Below are positions 52,301-64,000 of a stretch of 64,000 bases of DNA, in pieces. Both the position numbers and the translations under genes were made by a program. The notes below the pieces were generated by a model. The model worked only from the letters and a program-made list of their open reading frames with translations. It did no database searches and had not been told where the DNA came from. Each line of letters begins with the position of its first letter. Position 1 is the first letter of the stretch. Origin of the DNA: Gordius albopunctatus (lineage: Eukaryota); assembly GCA_964276515.1 (NCBI GenBank), contig OZ193909.1:7378001-7442000 (forward strand), read 5' to 3'.

Positions 52301-55300
52301 CTTCAATGATTGTATTTTACATTTTTAGAAAGCCAAACGGATCAACCTCAAATAGATGCACAAACAGCCATTTCCACTGCTTGTTCGTAAGTTATATAAT
52401 ACTTTTTAGATGGTTTTTCTTGACATTCAACCTGCCATGGGCAACCAACTAACCTTTTCCACTTTTTGATTTAGAATTTATAGCACACAATTACAATTAT
52501 TTAATACTTTTTTATATGAGGTACTCTCGTTTTTTCTTAATTGACATTCTTCTTAATTTCTTTAAATAACTCCCTTGTCTTGTCTACCACGAACGGCCTT
52601 TGGATCTTTAATGACTTTTAACTATTTTGCACTTAGTTTTATTGAATTTTTGACTTTACCGTTTGCCAATTTATCCCACAAATGTAAAGAAATTTCAAGA
52701 ATATTAATTTAAACAAAATTAATAATATAGACAAAAAATTTATTAAAGGTGAGTAGAGGAAAAATGTATATAAAAATTCTTGACAGCACTAAGAGCCAGA
52801 TAATTCAATGATTTTAATTGTCATAATAAAGCTTGGGTTTTTATTAAAAAAACGACATGCCTAATTTTTTGATTTTGATATTTTGTCAGAAATATCAACA
52901 GCTAAGTATAACAAACAATAAAATTAACAATTATTGCAAAGTCATAAAATCATAAAAAAGCAAAAAAAAATTGTGAAAATATGACTTAAATAATTTTGTA
53001 AATGGAAAGAATGGCAGGAAAACGTCTACTTATTTAATTCTAAATTAATAAATATAGCATATTTAACTAAAAAAGTGGTCATTTGACCGCCACGACACAA
53101 ATAGGTATATGTAAAAAGTTGGTCAATATAGTGTTAAAATTAGGCAGGTTTGTTACATAAATTTATTCATACATGATTTCAATGATGATCTTTGTTAAAT
53201 TTTATAGAAACGCTGTAGACGGATGTGCTTGCAACACCAGAAAACAAGTAAAATTTTTAAACTTAAACCTTAATTTTTCCATGTAGCTCAGGGCTAAAAA
53301 GAGAAAGGGGTTAGTGAAAAGTGGTCGCCTATCATTCAGGTACATACCCAATTATAATGAAAGAATCAACGTTGGTTTTCGCCTATTATATTTTAGTCAA
53401 AAAGTGACGAAAAAAGTTCTCAAAAAATATGCAACTCAGCAGCATTCGCAAACTACTGCGCCGGCCACATTAAGCTCAGCCGGAAATCCCCGGTTTTCTT
53501 CTGTTTTGGAGCGATTGTATAATGATCAGAATGGTCCTAGAACATCTTTCAGATTTCAGGAGTACCGAGATAGCAATGTTGCCACGCAAAACAAGGGGAA
53601 AGTTAAGAAAACATCTGATCGCAAATCGGTAGTGACTAAAAGGACTACTAGGTCTAATCGATCCATCAAGCAAAAGTCAGCATTGGTAAGTTTTGAAGTG
53701 TCCATTGAAATTTCATTTTTGCAAAACGTATTGTATGTTGTAGAAAACGCCAGAACCGGTTAGAAAAAATATGCTCACGCCTAAAACCCCGAATGATCTC
53801 GGAGTTGTCCCCTTGATTATAACATCTACAAATTCATCCGACGCATTTAGGCAGGCACCCACTTCCAAAAGTAATTCAAGCAAACTAATTGCAATCATAA
53901 CAATCTGTAGTTTTTGAAATTATATTAGAATGCAAGTTAAAGCTAAATTTTTATGGGGAACTCCGATTAAAGGTCCGTTCTACGCTTGTCTTACTTATTT
54001 TTTAATGCCTTTTTATCGTTTTGGAAAAATATAAAATTCTCCAGAAATCAAAAATGAAGCAAATTGGGCATTAGTTTTTGTTTTATTTGATTAAAATTAG
54101 ACGTTTAATTTATATTTTAGCGGAAACTTTGCCTGCTCTCAATGCTCAAACAAATAACAGCGGACGTGGAAAGATAAATATTAATTTGGCACCACAATCA
54201 AGTATCAATTGGTTGTTATATTTTATGAAGGTGTTATTGGATTTTCATTAAACTAAAACAGTTTTAAAGCTATTTTGTCTTTATAGAAAGAGAATTGTTT
54301 GTTAAGCTATTTAGTTCGAGCAATTTATTTTGTACATTAAAAAACTTTTAATTACGCCTCAAAATTATAATCTTAATTTATTTGCAACTTTTTAATACAT
54401 ATCTCACCAAATATTTATAACGTATAAAATATTTAAAAATATAATGCGGAATCAATTACAAATTTATAATAATCAAAATATGCCTTTAAAATTGTTTTTG
54501 AGGCTAAAAAAGAATGATTTCACTTTGATTATATTTAGTTTAGGTAGCTAGCAATCTTTTAGAATACTTGTTATTTTAAAATGAAATGAAGGTTTAGGTA
54601 AATTTGTGTTCTACAAGCTTGTGCATACCGTTTTTCCTAAAAAAAAGATCGGTTATTGACGTACAATCCCTCAGGTTTTCACCCAAGTACTAGCGCATCT
54701 CCCATTTCCATGCAAGGAGGGGGGGCCTGGGATCGAGAAGTCAAAGAGATTTACGCTTTCGTTACATACTACACCATAACTAAGAGGTGGCTAGGCAGCC
54801 AAGTGGTTGAAGAAATCAAAGAGAACGATGTAATTGTGGAGGCGATTTGCAGTTAGAGCCCTGCAAAATTGAATTTTATCGGCCCGAGCCCGAGACTTTT
54901 TTTTATTTTTTGCCCGAGCCCGATTAGTTTTTTTTCACTCAGACCCGACCCGAGCCCGGCCCGACTTTTGTAAAAATGTAAATTTGTACCAATTTTATTT
55001 CAAAAATTTATTTATAAATATATTACTTATCGCGAATATTATGTGATTTAAAATATGAATAATTATGGTAAATAAATAAAGTGGAGTCTAATTTCTCGGG
55101 TTTTAACGAAGTCCTTCTCTCTTCGTAAGCTCGCCCAGCTGTAGAAAAGGCTCGCTCACTGCTAGCTGATGTAGCAGGTATTGCCAAATACTTTCTAGCC
55201 AAATTGCTCAAACAAGGAAATTCACTCTGATGCATCTTCCACCATTCCAAAACTTCCATACCATCAATATAATTCGTATTTAAATATTTATGTAATTCAT

Positions 55301-58300
55301 CTTCCTCAGCTTCGTTATCTATTCTGGGCTCTTCCCAACTACTAAAATCTAAAAATTCTTCCTCCATTATATTATCTAGAAAAATAATAAGTGCTTAATG
55401 CAAATTAAAAAATTACCATGCTCGACGGCTATACTAGGCGTAACTGTATTAACCGGAGGATTAGCCTTAATCCTTTCCTCCATAATTATTAAATTTCGTA
55501 TATGATGATAAATGTCATCAAATTCATACCGAGGCAGCATTATTAAATTTCGATACTTTGGATTTAATAATGCGGATAATTTATGAATAATATCAAGTTC
55601 AAATTTTGAATTTAAAAACGAAAGGGCCTTTTTGGCCAAAGTGTTTATCTCTTCGCTAAAAAAGGGTTTTTTCAAACATCTTAAAATCAAACAAATTAAT
55701 ATATGGGGGGTAGTAAAATTCTAAATATTCATTTGTAGGGGGATTATTTTGTGTTGTAATTATATTTTGGATTAATATTTATTCAAATTTTTTTCAGGGC
55801 TCGGGCCACGAGTCGGGCTGACCCATCAGGCCCGATCCAAGCTCGAGGCCCGATCAATGTTTTAAAATTTGTCCGAACACGGCCCGAAAGCCCGTCGGGC
55901 CGGGCCTCGGACGGCCCGTGCAGAGCTCTATTTGCAGTGTGCTTTTCATTGCTCCTCCTTATTAATGTTTATTCTTCCTTTGGTTTGGATATTAATATAT
56001 TGCGTAAACATTAACATCGAGTCGTAAAGTAAATTCAAGCATTTGATACAGGCGGAGGATAATTGGGGTGAAAATAGTAGATTTAGTCAACCCTTCCCCC
56101 ATCCTCGGATGATGATACCCTTGCAAATATACATTATTCCTCCATCATTTTTATAACAATTTTATTGATTTTGTAATAAACTAACATATGAGCTAAATGA
56201 ATATCCGAATAGCCGTTTTATTAAATATTGAAAGATTGGTTTTGTTTGATAATTTTACACTAGTTTGGCAAAAATATTTTTGGCATTTTTTTTAATGTTA
56301 AGTCTAAGGTCTATGAAATTAGGAATCATGTTTAAACCTTTCTTAGGGCAGAGATTTTTAATTGCTATGCAATTTATGGGTTTGTTTTTTGTTGTCAGTT
56401 ACCCTCCAATTTATTTACACCAGCTTCCCGACCTAGAGGCTCGAGTTCAATCCCCGAAGAGGACAATTTTTTTTAATTTTTTAGATTAAATTTATAATTT
56501 GTTCTTGTTAATAACATGGATAATATGACTTTTTCACCTTCCGCTGGCTACTGACCAATGAAAAAAATGACCATTGGCCAAATAAATCGAAATTTTTTTT
56601 CCGGTTTTGAATTGGTTAACATTGATAATTACCCTATGCCCTCCACTAGAAGGGCCTATACCTCTACTGATATGGGTCCCTGTGCCCCTACAAAGGCGTA
56701 TGCCTCTATTAATGTGGGTTCGAATCCCGGCGAACGTTCTGAATTGCTGGTTCGATACCCGGAGAGAACAAAATTTTTATTTTTTTAAATTAAATTAATA
56801 TATTGTTCTTGTTAATACCATTGATAATATGACTTTTTGACCGTGCCCTGGCTACTGACCAATAGAAAAAATGACCATTGGCCAAAATGTGAATCGAAAT
56901 ATTTTTTTTCAAATTAATATATTGTTTTTGTTAATATAATAAATGTGTTAATGAATGAAAAATCTGGTATTTTAATTGAAATATATTATAATGAATTCTT
57001 TTTTCCTTATTACTATATGTTCGTAAATGTATACTTATTAAACACTTAAATTATCTCGTAACCATAATTAAAGTTTTGCAATTTTGTATTTTTATTTTAC
57101 TTACAGTATAGGCTCAATCAATCAACATTTCAAATTTTAACTTTAAAATAGTACAAAGTTTAGGGCTTAAATATAATAATAAAATTAATGATATTTTTCT
57201 ATGCTGATTTTATTTATACTATATACTAATCCAAATGCTGGCTACGCCCATGAAACCTTCTAAGGACCTATATAAATTACAATCAATTTCCCAAAATATT
57301 ATGTTTAATTCTGCTATTATTAATTGCTATGCAAATTATGGGCTCACTTTCTATTTTCCGATGTCTGTCGCGCACCGAATGTATTGTCACGTTTTTCGTC
57401 GTGTTTAGCACTGAAACCGCTTGGAAGTGGGTTCGATACCCGGGGATGCCAATTTTTTTAATTCAATGGAAAATTTGTATTAATAATTAACTAATTATTT
57501 TGCATTTACTACCCTCCTATAAGCAATCTCGCCCATAAATTGCATAGCAAATATGCTACATTTATACGGAGTATAGATGAGTCGTTCCCCCTTCCCTCCT
57601 GCCCCTCTCTCCCCACTTCCCTTCCCCTCCTCCCCTTCCCACGAGGGCCGAAGGCCCCAGTTTTATATATATAGGGACATTCCATGTCAAATCGCCACGT
57701 TTTCGGCCGACCCCCTCAAAATTTTATGAAATTTGGTGGAAATGGTTAAACTAGTTAAATTATTAATTTCCGAAAATTTTAGCTCATTTGGGTCACTGTT
57801 TTTTGAGTTGTGGGCGCTCAAAGGTCGAAAATCGGCCATTTAAAAAATCGGTTCGTGACGCTATATTCAATAAAATTTATAAGTTATTGGCCCCCAAATC
57901 ATAGAATCTTGTTGTAGTAATAGGTAAGACCTATCTCCATAGAAAAAAAAATCAAAAAAATTTTTTTTGTCGATTGGTCATCTCATAATGGCCGAAATGG
58001 CATAATTACTGTAGAACCCTCTCAAACCGTTTCAAATTTGAGACAAATATTTTATACTACATATTAATCAAATTAAATAAAAGAGAAAGTTCGGCGGCCA
58101 TCTTGAAGTGGTCATAAATTGCTAGAAACGATATTTTATTTATTTGGCGCCAAAATGACCCTCTAAAATTGGTTTCATTACTCATTTAGCCATCTTATAA
58201 TATTATTATATCTATTATACAAATATTTTTGCTATAAATTCACACCCCAACCCCCCCCCCCCATAACCGCTATAAATTACAATCAAAATAGTAGAGTTGT

Positions 58301-61300
58301 TAAATTGCTAACTTGCTTCAACTCCAGCCACCATCTGCTCGAGTTTCTGCTTGGTCCTCGAGCATTTTTATATGTTAATATTCTGCCTAGTGTACCAAAA
58401 GCGAGCACATATTGTGCTAACGCGCATATTAAGCAACCCAGTGTGCGTGCTCGCGTCTGGAGTTTGAAGAAAGTTAGCAATTTAACAACTCTACAAAATA
58501 GGGACTGATTTTTCTGCGAATAGGCTACAAATTTAATTACTTTTTGAAAAATCACCTTATATATTTTATTCCAAAGTATATATTCATTGCTTCTTATTCG
58601 ATATGTAATTTAATTATTTATAAAAAAGTATGACGGAGGGCATGTCTTCAAGCGCATATAAAAAATTAATTTAACATCATTTGAAGTATATTATGGCAAT
58701 ATGTTTTGATGTCGGATCAAGCATTTCGCTTTTAAATATAGTATAGGTTCTCCCGGTTGTGGCTAAAGGTGATACAATTTTTAATATATCCCATTTGTTT
58801 AGAGATAATTTGTGAAATTTATTTGGGAAAGCGAAAGAGTTGACGGGGCCCGCATGGGTTAAGCAAACTAACTATTATTTTTTCGTCGTCATAATTTTTA
58901 TTATAAATTATATTTTCAATTTGGAACGTGGAGGGGAAAATTAGCTGATAGTATAATTAAATGATAAAATAATTTTATTAAAATTCGCGCTAAAGGGCCA
59001 TACAAATTAATTCATACGCGCCAAAAAAGAAATAAATCGGTGTTGATAAGGCATTTTTAAAGCCTATATTCGATAATCCTGACGATTTTATTATCTATTT
59101 TACGAGCCTGTTTCCAAACTACAATAAAATAATTTGTGTAAAAAAATCACTCCCTATTTTGATTGTAATTTATAGGGGTTAAGGGGGGGGGGTTGCGGTG
59201 TTAATTTATAGCAAAAATATTTGTATAATAGATATTACTAATATTATGAGATAGCTAAATGAGTAATAAAATCAATTTTAGAGGGTCATTTTGGCGCCAA
59301 TTAAATAAAATACCGTTTCTAGCAATTTATGACCACTTCAAGATGTCCGCCGAACTTTCTCTTTTATTTAATTTGATTAATAGGTAGTATAAAACATTTG
59401 TCTCAAATTTGAAACGGTTTGAGAGGGTTAAACAGTAATTATGCCATTTCGGCCATTAGGAGATGACCAATCGACAAAAAAATTTTTTTGATTTTTTTTT
59501 CTATGGAGATAGGTCTTACCTATTACTACAACAAGATTCTATGATTTGGGGGCCAATAACTTATAAATTTTATTGAATATAGCGTCACGAACCGATTTTT
59601 TAAATGGCCGATTTTCGACCTTTGAGCGCCCACAACTCAAAAAACAGTGACCCAAATGAGCTAAAATTTTCGGAAATTAATAATTTAACTAGTTTAACCA
59701 TTTCCACCAAATTTTATAAAATTCTGAGAGGGTCGCCCGAAAAACGCCTTTTTATGATCGATTTGACATGGAATGTCCCTATATATATATTGACTTTTGG
59801 AGTGTTATACTTGTAACAATTTTGCTTTCAAACGCGATTAGACTGGTGTTATAATTAAAATAATACATTATAATCTTATATTGACAATGTATATACGGCT
59901 TATAGATTGTGCAAGAGCCATGCCTGATTGATAGTATCAAAGTTAAAGGCCTCAACTATACCCCAGCCAATGTTGTTGGAAGGGTTGTGGAACGTCCTTC
60001 TTCTGGAAGTCGCCTTGCGGATATTAGCTCATCCGTCAAAACTGGTAATCTTTAGTTCTAATCATTAGTATCTATCTAGGGAACAAACTATCTCAATGAT
60101 CTGTAAACAGCTTTTGATATATTATTTAAAATATTATTTTGGATAACAAAAGTATGCAGTTATGTTTCTCAAATTTATATGCTCAAAGAAGGGCGATAAA
60201 AATAAAAAATAGGGAAGTGAGGGTGAGGGTTATCTACATTTCCTCTACAAAAATAAATATTTATCGTATATATTCGATTATTTAGCCGACGATATTCAAG
60301 GGTACAAACCCGTCAGGGTAAATCCCTCACCCTCCCTATGCAATGATTCTGCTCTCGTGCAATTTAAAGGGGATGAGGATGCCAGCGTGAAAACTTTGAA
60401 ACAAACGCGCTTATTCAAAACACCATTCAGGTCTGGCCCCAAGCTATCCGTTGACGCTCAACGGGCGACGCTACATCAATGTTGTGCAGCGCTCAACGTT
60501 AAAGCATCCCCGGCGCAAATGCGCTCACTGCAGAAAATGATATACGGCGATGGTAACATCTAAAAGCTGGCGTGCTATTTAAATCTCCAACGTGATTTTA
60601 CAATGAGCCTATTAAGTCATTGTGGCTGGGCTTAAATATCACTCTACTTCTCGACCGCTGATAAACATTAAAACCTATAGTGCTTTTAAAACTTATTAAA
60701 ATTTGTCGAATCCGTTATAATCGTGGATGAACATTAATTAAATAGGTCATGTCCATAACAATATGCAGCTTTTATTAATTAATGCACTGAATATTATAAA
60801 GGGCGACTCCCTTGAACCCATGAGATAATTAATATTTGACTCTAATCATTAAAATAAAGATCCTTCAGCAAGTTTAAAAATTATTTACTAGCTTTTTTCG
60901 CTTATAACTGCATTTTATATATATTATTCTCCATATTTATTCGAGTTTATAATCATTGATAGAAACGGAACTGGCTTGTTCACCTCTCCCAATAAATTAT
61001 ATGCGCAAGGCTAGCATCATTATAGCGTCCGATTCAAATTCTACAGTCCCAGAAACAATGGACGAATGTATCCCCACGTCCATCCACGAAAATGACTTGA
61101 CACATACTGGTAAAACTAAGCCTAGAATCAGTAGTCCACGCCTGGTAATAAATAAGTTGCCTAATTGTAAATCGCCCGCTAAGATTAACAAGGAACTCCG
61201 AGTTGCTTCAAATGAAGGTATTTGCACTGTCATCCTTTTTGATATCCAAATAAACACGTTCAAATTAGACTTAAGGAGGTCTTTGTTGTTTTTAACTCAA

Positions 61301-63723
61301 ATTTCTACTAAATAATTGTCTATATTTGGTGTTTCATTTGCAATTATATTTCTGACCGACGAAATTTCCGTCACCAACATTTATTTGTTGTTATGATTGC
61401 ATTTTGTTCAGACTTAGATTTTATTATGCATATAGGAGAAGACACGGTGATAAATGATGACGATGTTACAAAAGCTGCCTCCTCTAACGTATCAAAGTTG
61501 AAAATATCGAGGCTGGAAAGTGTTATCGAAATCCTTGACAAATTAAAAATTAATATGGTGTGGGCCCGGTGGAGGAAAAATGCACACCTCTACCCCGGAA
61601 AAATTGTGGGCACAACTACCTCTCGAAAATTAGGGAAGAAAACGTGGCAAAAATTTAAAGTTAAATTTGTGGACGGGGATTTGGCTGTATGCGATGCCTG
61701 CGACATTTTACTCACGAAAAGACCATTTCATACAAAGTCGAGCGACGTTGCGTCGGTTGTCTATGACATACTTAACATCGAATTCCCGCACAACACACCG
61801 GTGCTAGCCAATTTATCTACGCCCTCAGACGCTTCGAAAAACAAGGTTTGGTATGAAGAGTGTTTGATCATCAATAATGGTTCCGACCAGAACAGTGATG
61901 GCCAATCGCCTATGTTGTGCGTCCGAAGGAAGGATGACAAAGGACTTGCCCTTGGCAAGGAGGAAGTGCATCGCATATCGTTTGAGCAAATCGTTCTTTC
62001 GGAAGGGGCCATGAAAGAAGCGGGCGTAGACATGTCTTTCTTGCCCAAGTTGTCTTGCCTGCTACAAGATTTATCGGTGAATAGCGATAACGCTACCACG
62101 TCGAATTCCTTATCAGAATCTCATAATTCAACGAATAAGGCTCGTAAGGACGACACGTCGAAAATTGACGAAAGCACGGCAGGAATTTATCGAACCCCTA
62201 CTAAATTGGAACCGGGTGCAAGCTCGTGTGCATCTCCCCCACTTCAAGGTAAGAACGAAACAACGAAAGCTGGAAAAGGGAGACGCGGCGTTGGTACGTC
62301 ACCATCCAAAGCTCTCGCCAAAGAAGCTACAAAAACGGACACTCCAAATCTCTCCATCCTAGGGCCCTTATTACCTGAAGGTTTTTAGTTTATAATTTTG
62401 ATGGTTTTTTAAAGGATAAACCATTTCTTCCCAGTAGAAATCGTTTTTTCACGGAAAACTTTGTAAGTAATGCCTCTAAAAATCTTACGTTAGTTTTTTT
62501 CCTTTAAATGATCAATTCATGCTCCTATAGCATATTAAATCGTATTTACTTACAATAAAACCAAGTGATAAGATTTTTAAATTAAAATTTTATTTCAACG
62601 AAAACCAAGTCACACATATAAACATTCTAAAATGGGCCAAGAGTCGGCAAATGCTTTAAAGTTGTATTGCACAGTAAGAATTCCCAAATTGTTGTCTAAG
62701 TAAAATGGAGGTGTAAAATCTAGATTTCGAGAACCTTTACGATTTCTTTGAAATCTATGGTTTGTTTACCGAAGGTATACCAGAAGAAAGCAACAACCGG
62801 GATAATAATACTAGATGCCAAAAGGGCAGAATATTTAGTATTTGTTTATTAAACTATTATGCTTTTTTAAGTCCCAATCAATATATTTAATAAAAAATAA
62901 TGGTAGTTTACATATAAAATATAGGAAATTTTTTTAATGTGTAAGATCTTGATATTTGGAACCATGTAAAATGGAGTGCCTTTAATTATAAAATTCACCC
63001 TCTCAACAAGGTTCTTTATTATAGCCTTTGCCAAATTGTGAAAAAATATAACATATTATTTACAATTTAATACTTAAGTTAGAAGTACACCGTTTTGAAT
63101 TAATTTCTATTTATTTTGACTAGTATTTTTGGCAGTTGTAGGAGGTATTAGTATTTAAATATAGTTTGCTCCTGTACTTGCAACTTTAATTAAGTGCGAT
63201 AACATCTAATAAAATTAAACAAATAGCCAGAAATAAACATGGTAAAATACGAGAATATCTTATCACTCGCCTTTAATGAATTCAAACTTAGAAAATAAAA
63301 CCCTTCATGCGAATTTGATACTGCAATAATTTAAATTCCCCGATTTGGCCTTGAAATTTTATGTACAGTTTTAGTTAGCCATGCAATAGAAATAGATGGA
63401 TGATACTACTGCCTAATCGTACCTTGTTATTGCCCTTTAGGATGTAAATTAATATAACATTTGATTGAGTTAAATTTACATACTTCAATTTATTAACAAT
63501 TAGGGAGTCAAATATTCAAAGAAATCTCCTTTTTGTTGACCCACAAACCCAGTGGCAGTGAAAAGGGTGAGAACAGTGCATCTATTTCAAAAAGTCCATC
63601 GATAAAGAGAGCGACCCGATCTAAAGTGAGGTTGCCGTTCTCCAACTCTAACGAAGCCCGCAACTCTACGTCGTCAAATTCATCATCCAGTTTGAACGAA
63701 TATCCCACCATAGAATTTAACAA
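49310..63723 (+). CDS. TP53BP1: 53BP1-like DNA-damage mediator, 3'-incomplete; predicted exons 49310-49319, 49355-49412, 49447-49475, 49513-49686, 49721-49803, 49848-49965, 50004-50153, 52329-52386, 53208-53247, 53287-53339, 53397-53685, 53744-53870, 54121-~54230 (end uncertain), 59906-60044, 60963-61217, 61436-62380, 63504-63723
   Basis: Tandem Tudor VWARWRKNAHLYPGKI...KFKVKFVDGDLAVCDACDILL...PHNTPVLA...QIVLS resembles human VVAKWSSNGYFYSGKI..KYKLLFDDG..KDILL..PLDTEVTA..AVILS. The spliced junction LGPLLPEG|SQIFKEISFLLT...IEFNK resembles human LGPLPLNKTLFLGYAFLLT...PPFNK at the start of BRCT1. The N-terminal exons are phase-compatible and rich in SQ/TQ. One phase link (exon 54121 to exon 59906) and the ATG are inferred. 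Confidence 0.85.
51200..51950 (+). mobile_element. Single arm of the long-TIR family
   Basis: GGACATTCCATGTCAAATCG start, colinear with 57674-58290. Confidence 0.75.
54854..55930 (-). mobile_element. hAT deletion derivative with transposase C-terminus, in a TP53BP1 intron
   Basis: TIRs TAGAGCCCTGCA / TGCAGAGCTCTA; perfect TSD TTTGCAGT; SALLNPKYR, VLEWWK..FPCLSNLARKYLAIPATSASSERAFSTAG. Confidence 0.92.
56361..56935 (+). repeat. Tandem B-box-containing repeat units; related copies at ~25365-25616 and in the TIR-bounded 57322-57552
   Basis: GGTTCGATACCCGG followed by a shared GGCTACTGACCAAT..TGACCATTGGCCAAA body; TTGCTATGCAA.TTATGGG terminus shared with 57322-57552. Confidence 0.65.
57674..59779. 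mobile_element. Long-TIR (~600 bp) non-autonomous DNA element, superfamily unassigned
   Basis: GGGACATTCCATGTCAAATCG..CGATTTGACATGGAATGTCCC flanked by (TA)n. 57674-~58290 is an almost perfect inverted copy of ~59150-59779. Confidence 0.88.
58292..58493. mobile_element. Second copy of the ~200-bp MITE, opposite orientation
   Basis: TIRs TAGAGTTGTTAAATTGCTAACTT / AAGTTAGCAATTTAACAACTCTA; perfect TSD CAAAATAG; internal sequence is close to the reverse complement of 48677-48879. Confidence 0.92.
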
Positions 63724-64000
63724 GTAGTTACTCCTTTTGAATTGAATTATTCAAAATTTTATGCTTGTTGGTCTACTTTTTGATCAAGATTGCTTAACCA
63801 TCCCCAAAAAGTGTATCGAATCAGTTTTAACATCAAAAAAAATTTTTTCTCGAAAATTAGAACAATTTTGTAAATTTTGATTAATTCATTTAAGGAAAAC
63901 ACGTTGTTCAATATAGGTGCTTTTAATTCAGTAAAAAATAGATTTTACAGCAATTTTCCAGAAATGATGATTATGCCCTTTTATTTAGAATGTTATATAT

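Noticed and set aside
54202..54300. 14-nt micro-exon (54287-54300) that would fix the TP53BP1 phase gap
   Set aside because: An alternative donor at 54231 fixes the phase equally well; this cannot be decided without transcripts.

Overview
AT-rich animal (invertebrate) genomic DNA; the species cannot be determined from the window. Three spliced host genes can be built by hand. (1) An UNC-4/UNCX paired-class homeobox gene (+, ~4.0-6.0 kb, first exon not found). (2) A complete 11-exon mitochondrial tyrosyl-tRNA synthetase, YARS2 (-, 23194 to 11373, ~498 aa), mostly missed by the ORF track. (3) A 53BP1/TP53BP1 homologue (+, from ~49310, running off the window end inside BRCT1). The rest is nested transposons: two near-full-length RTE LINEs, a CRE-like RLE non-LTR fragment, two Ty3/Gypsy relics, many hAT-type elements with 8-bp TSDs, Helitron-like elements, long-TIR foldbacks and a tRNA-derived SINE. 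Main finding: both RTE LINEs begin with a twister self-cleaving ribozyme. The intergenic copy has a complete core with two compensatory base-pair changes and starts at about the cleavage site. The copy lying sense inside a YARS2 intron has lost the cleavage-site strand. Second finding: a recurrent class of 34-44 nt spliceosomal introns in the host genes and even inside hAT transposases. Comparisons to reference sequences are from memory, not from database searches.
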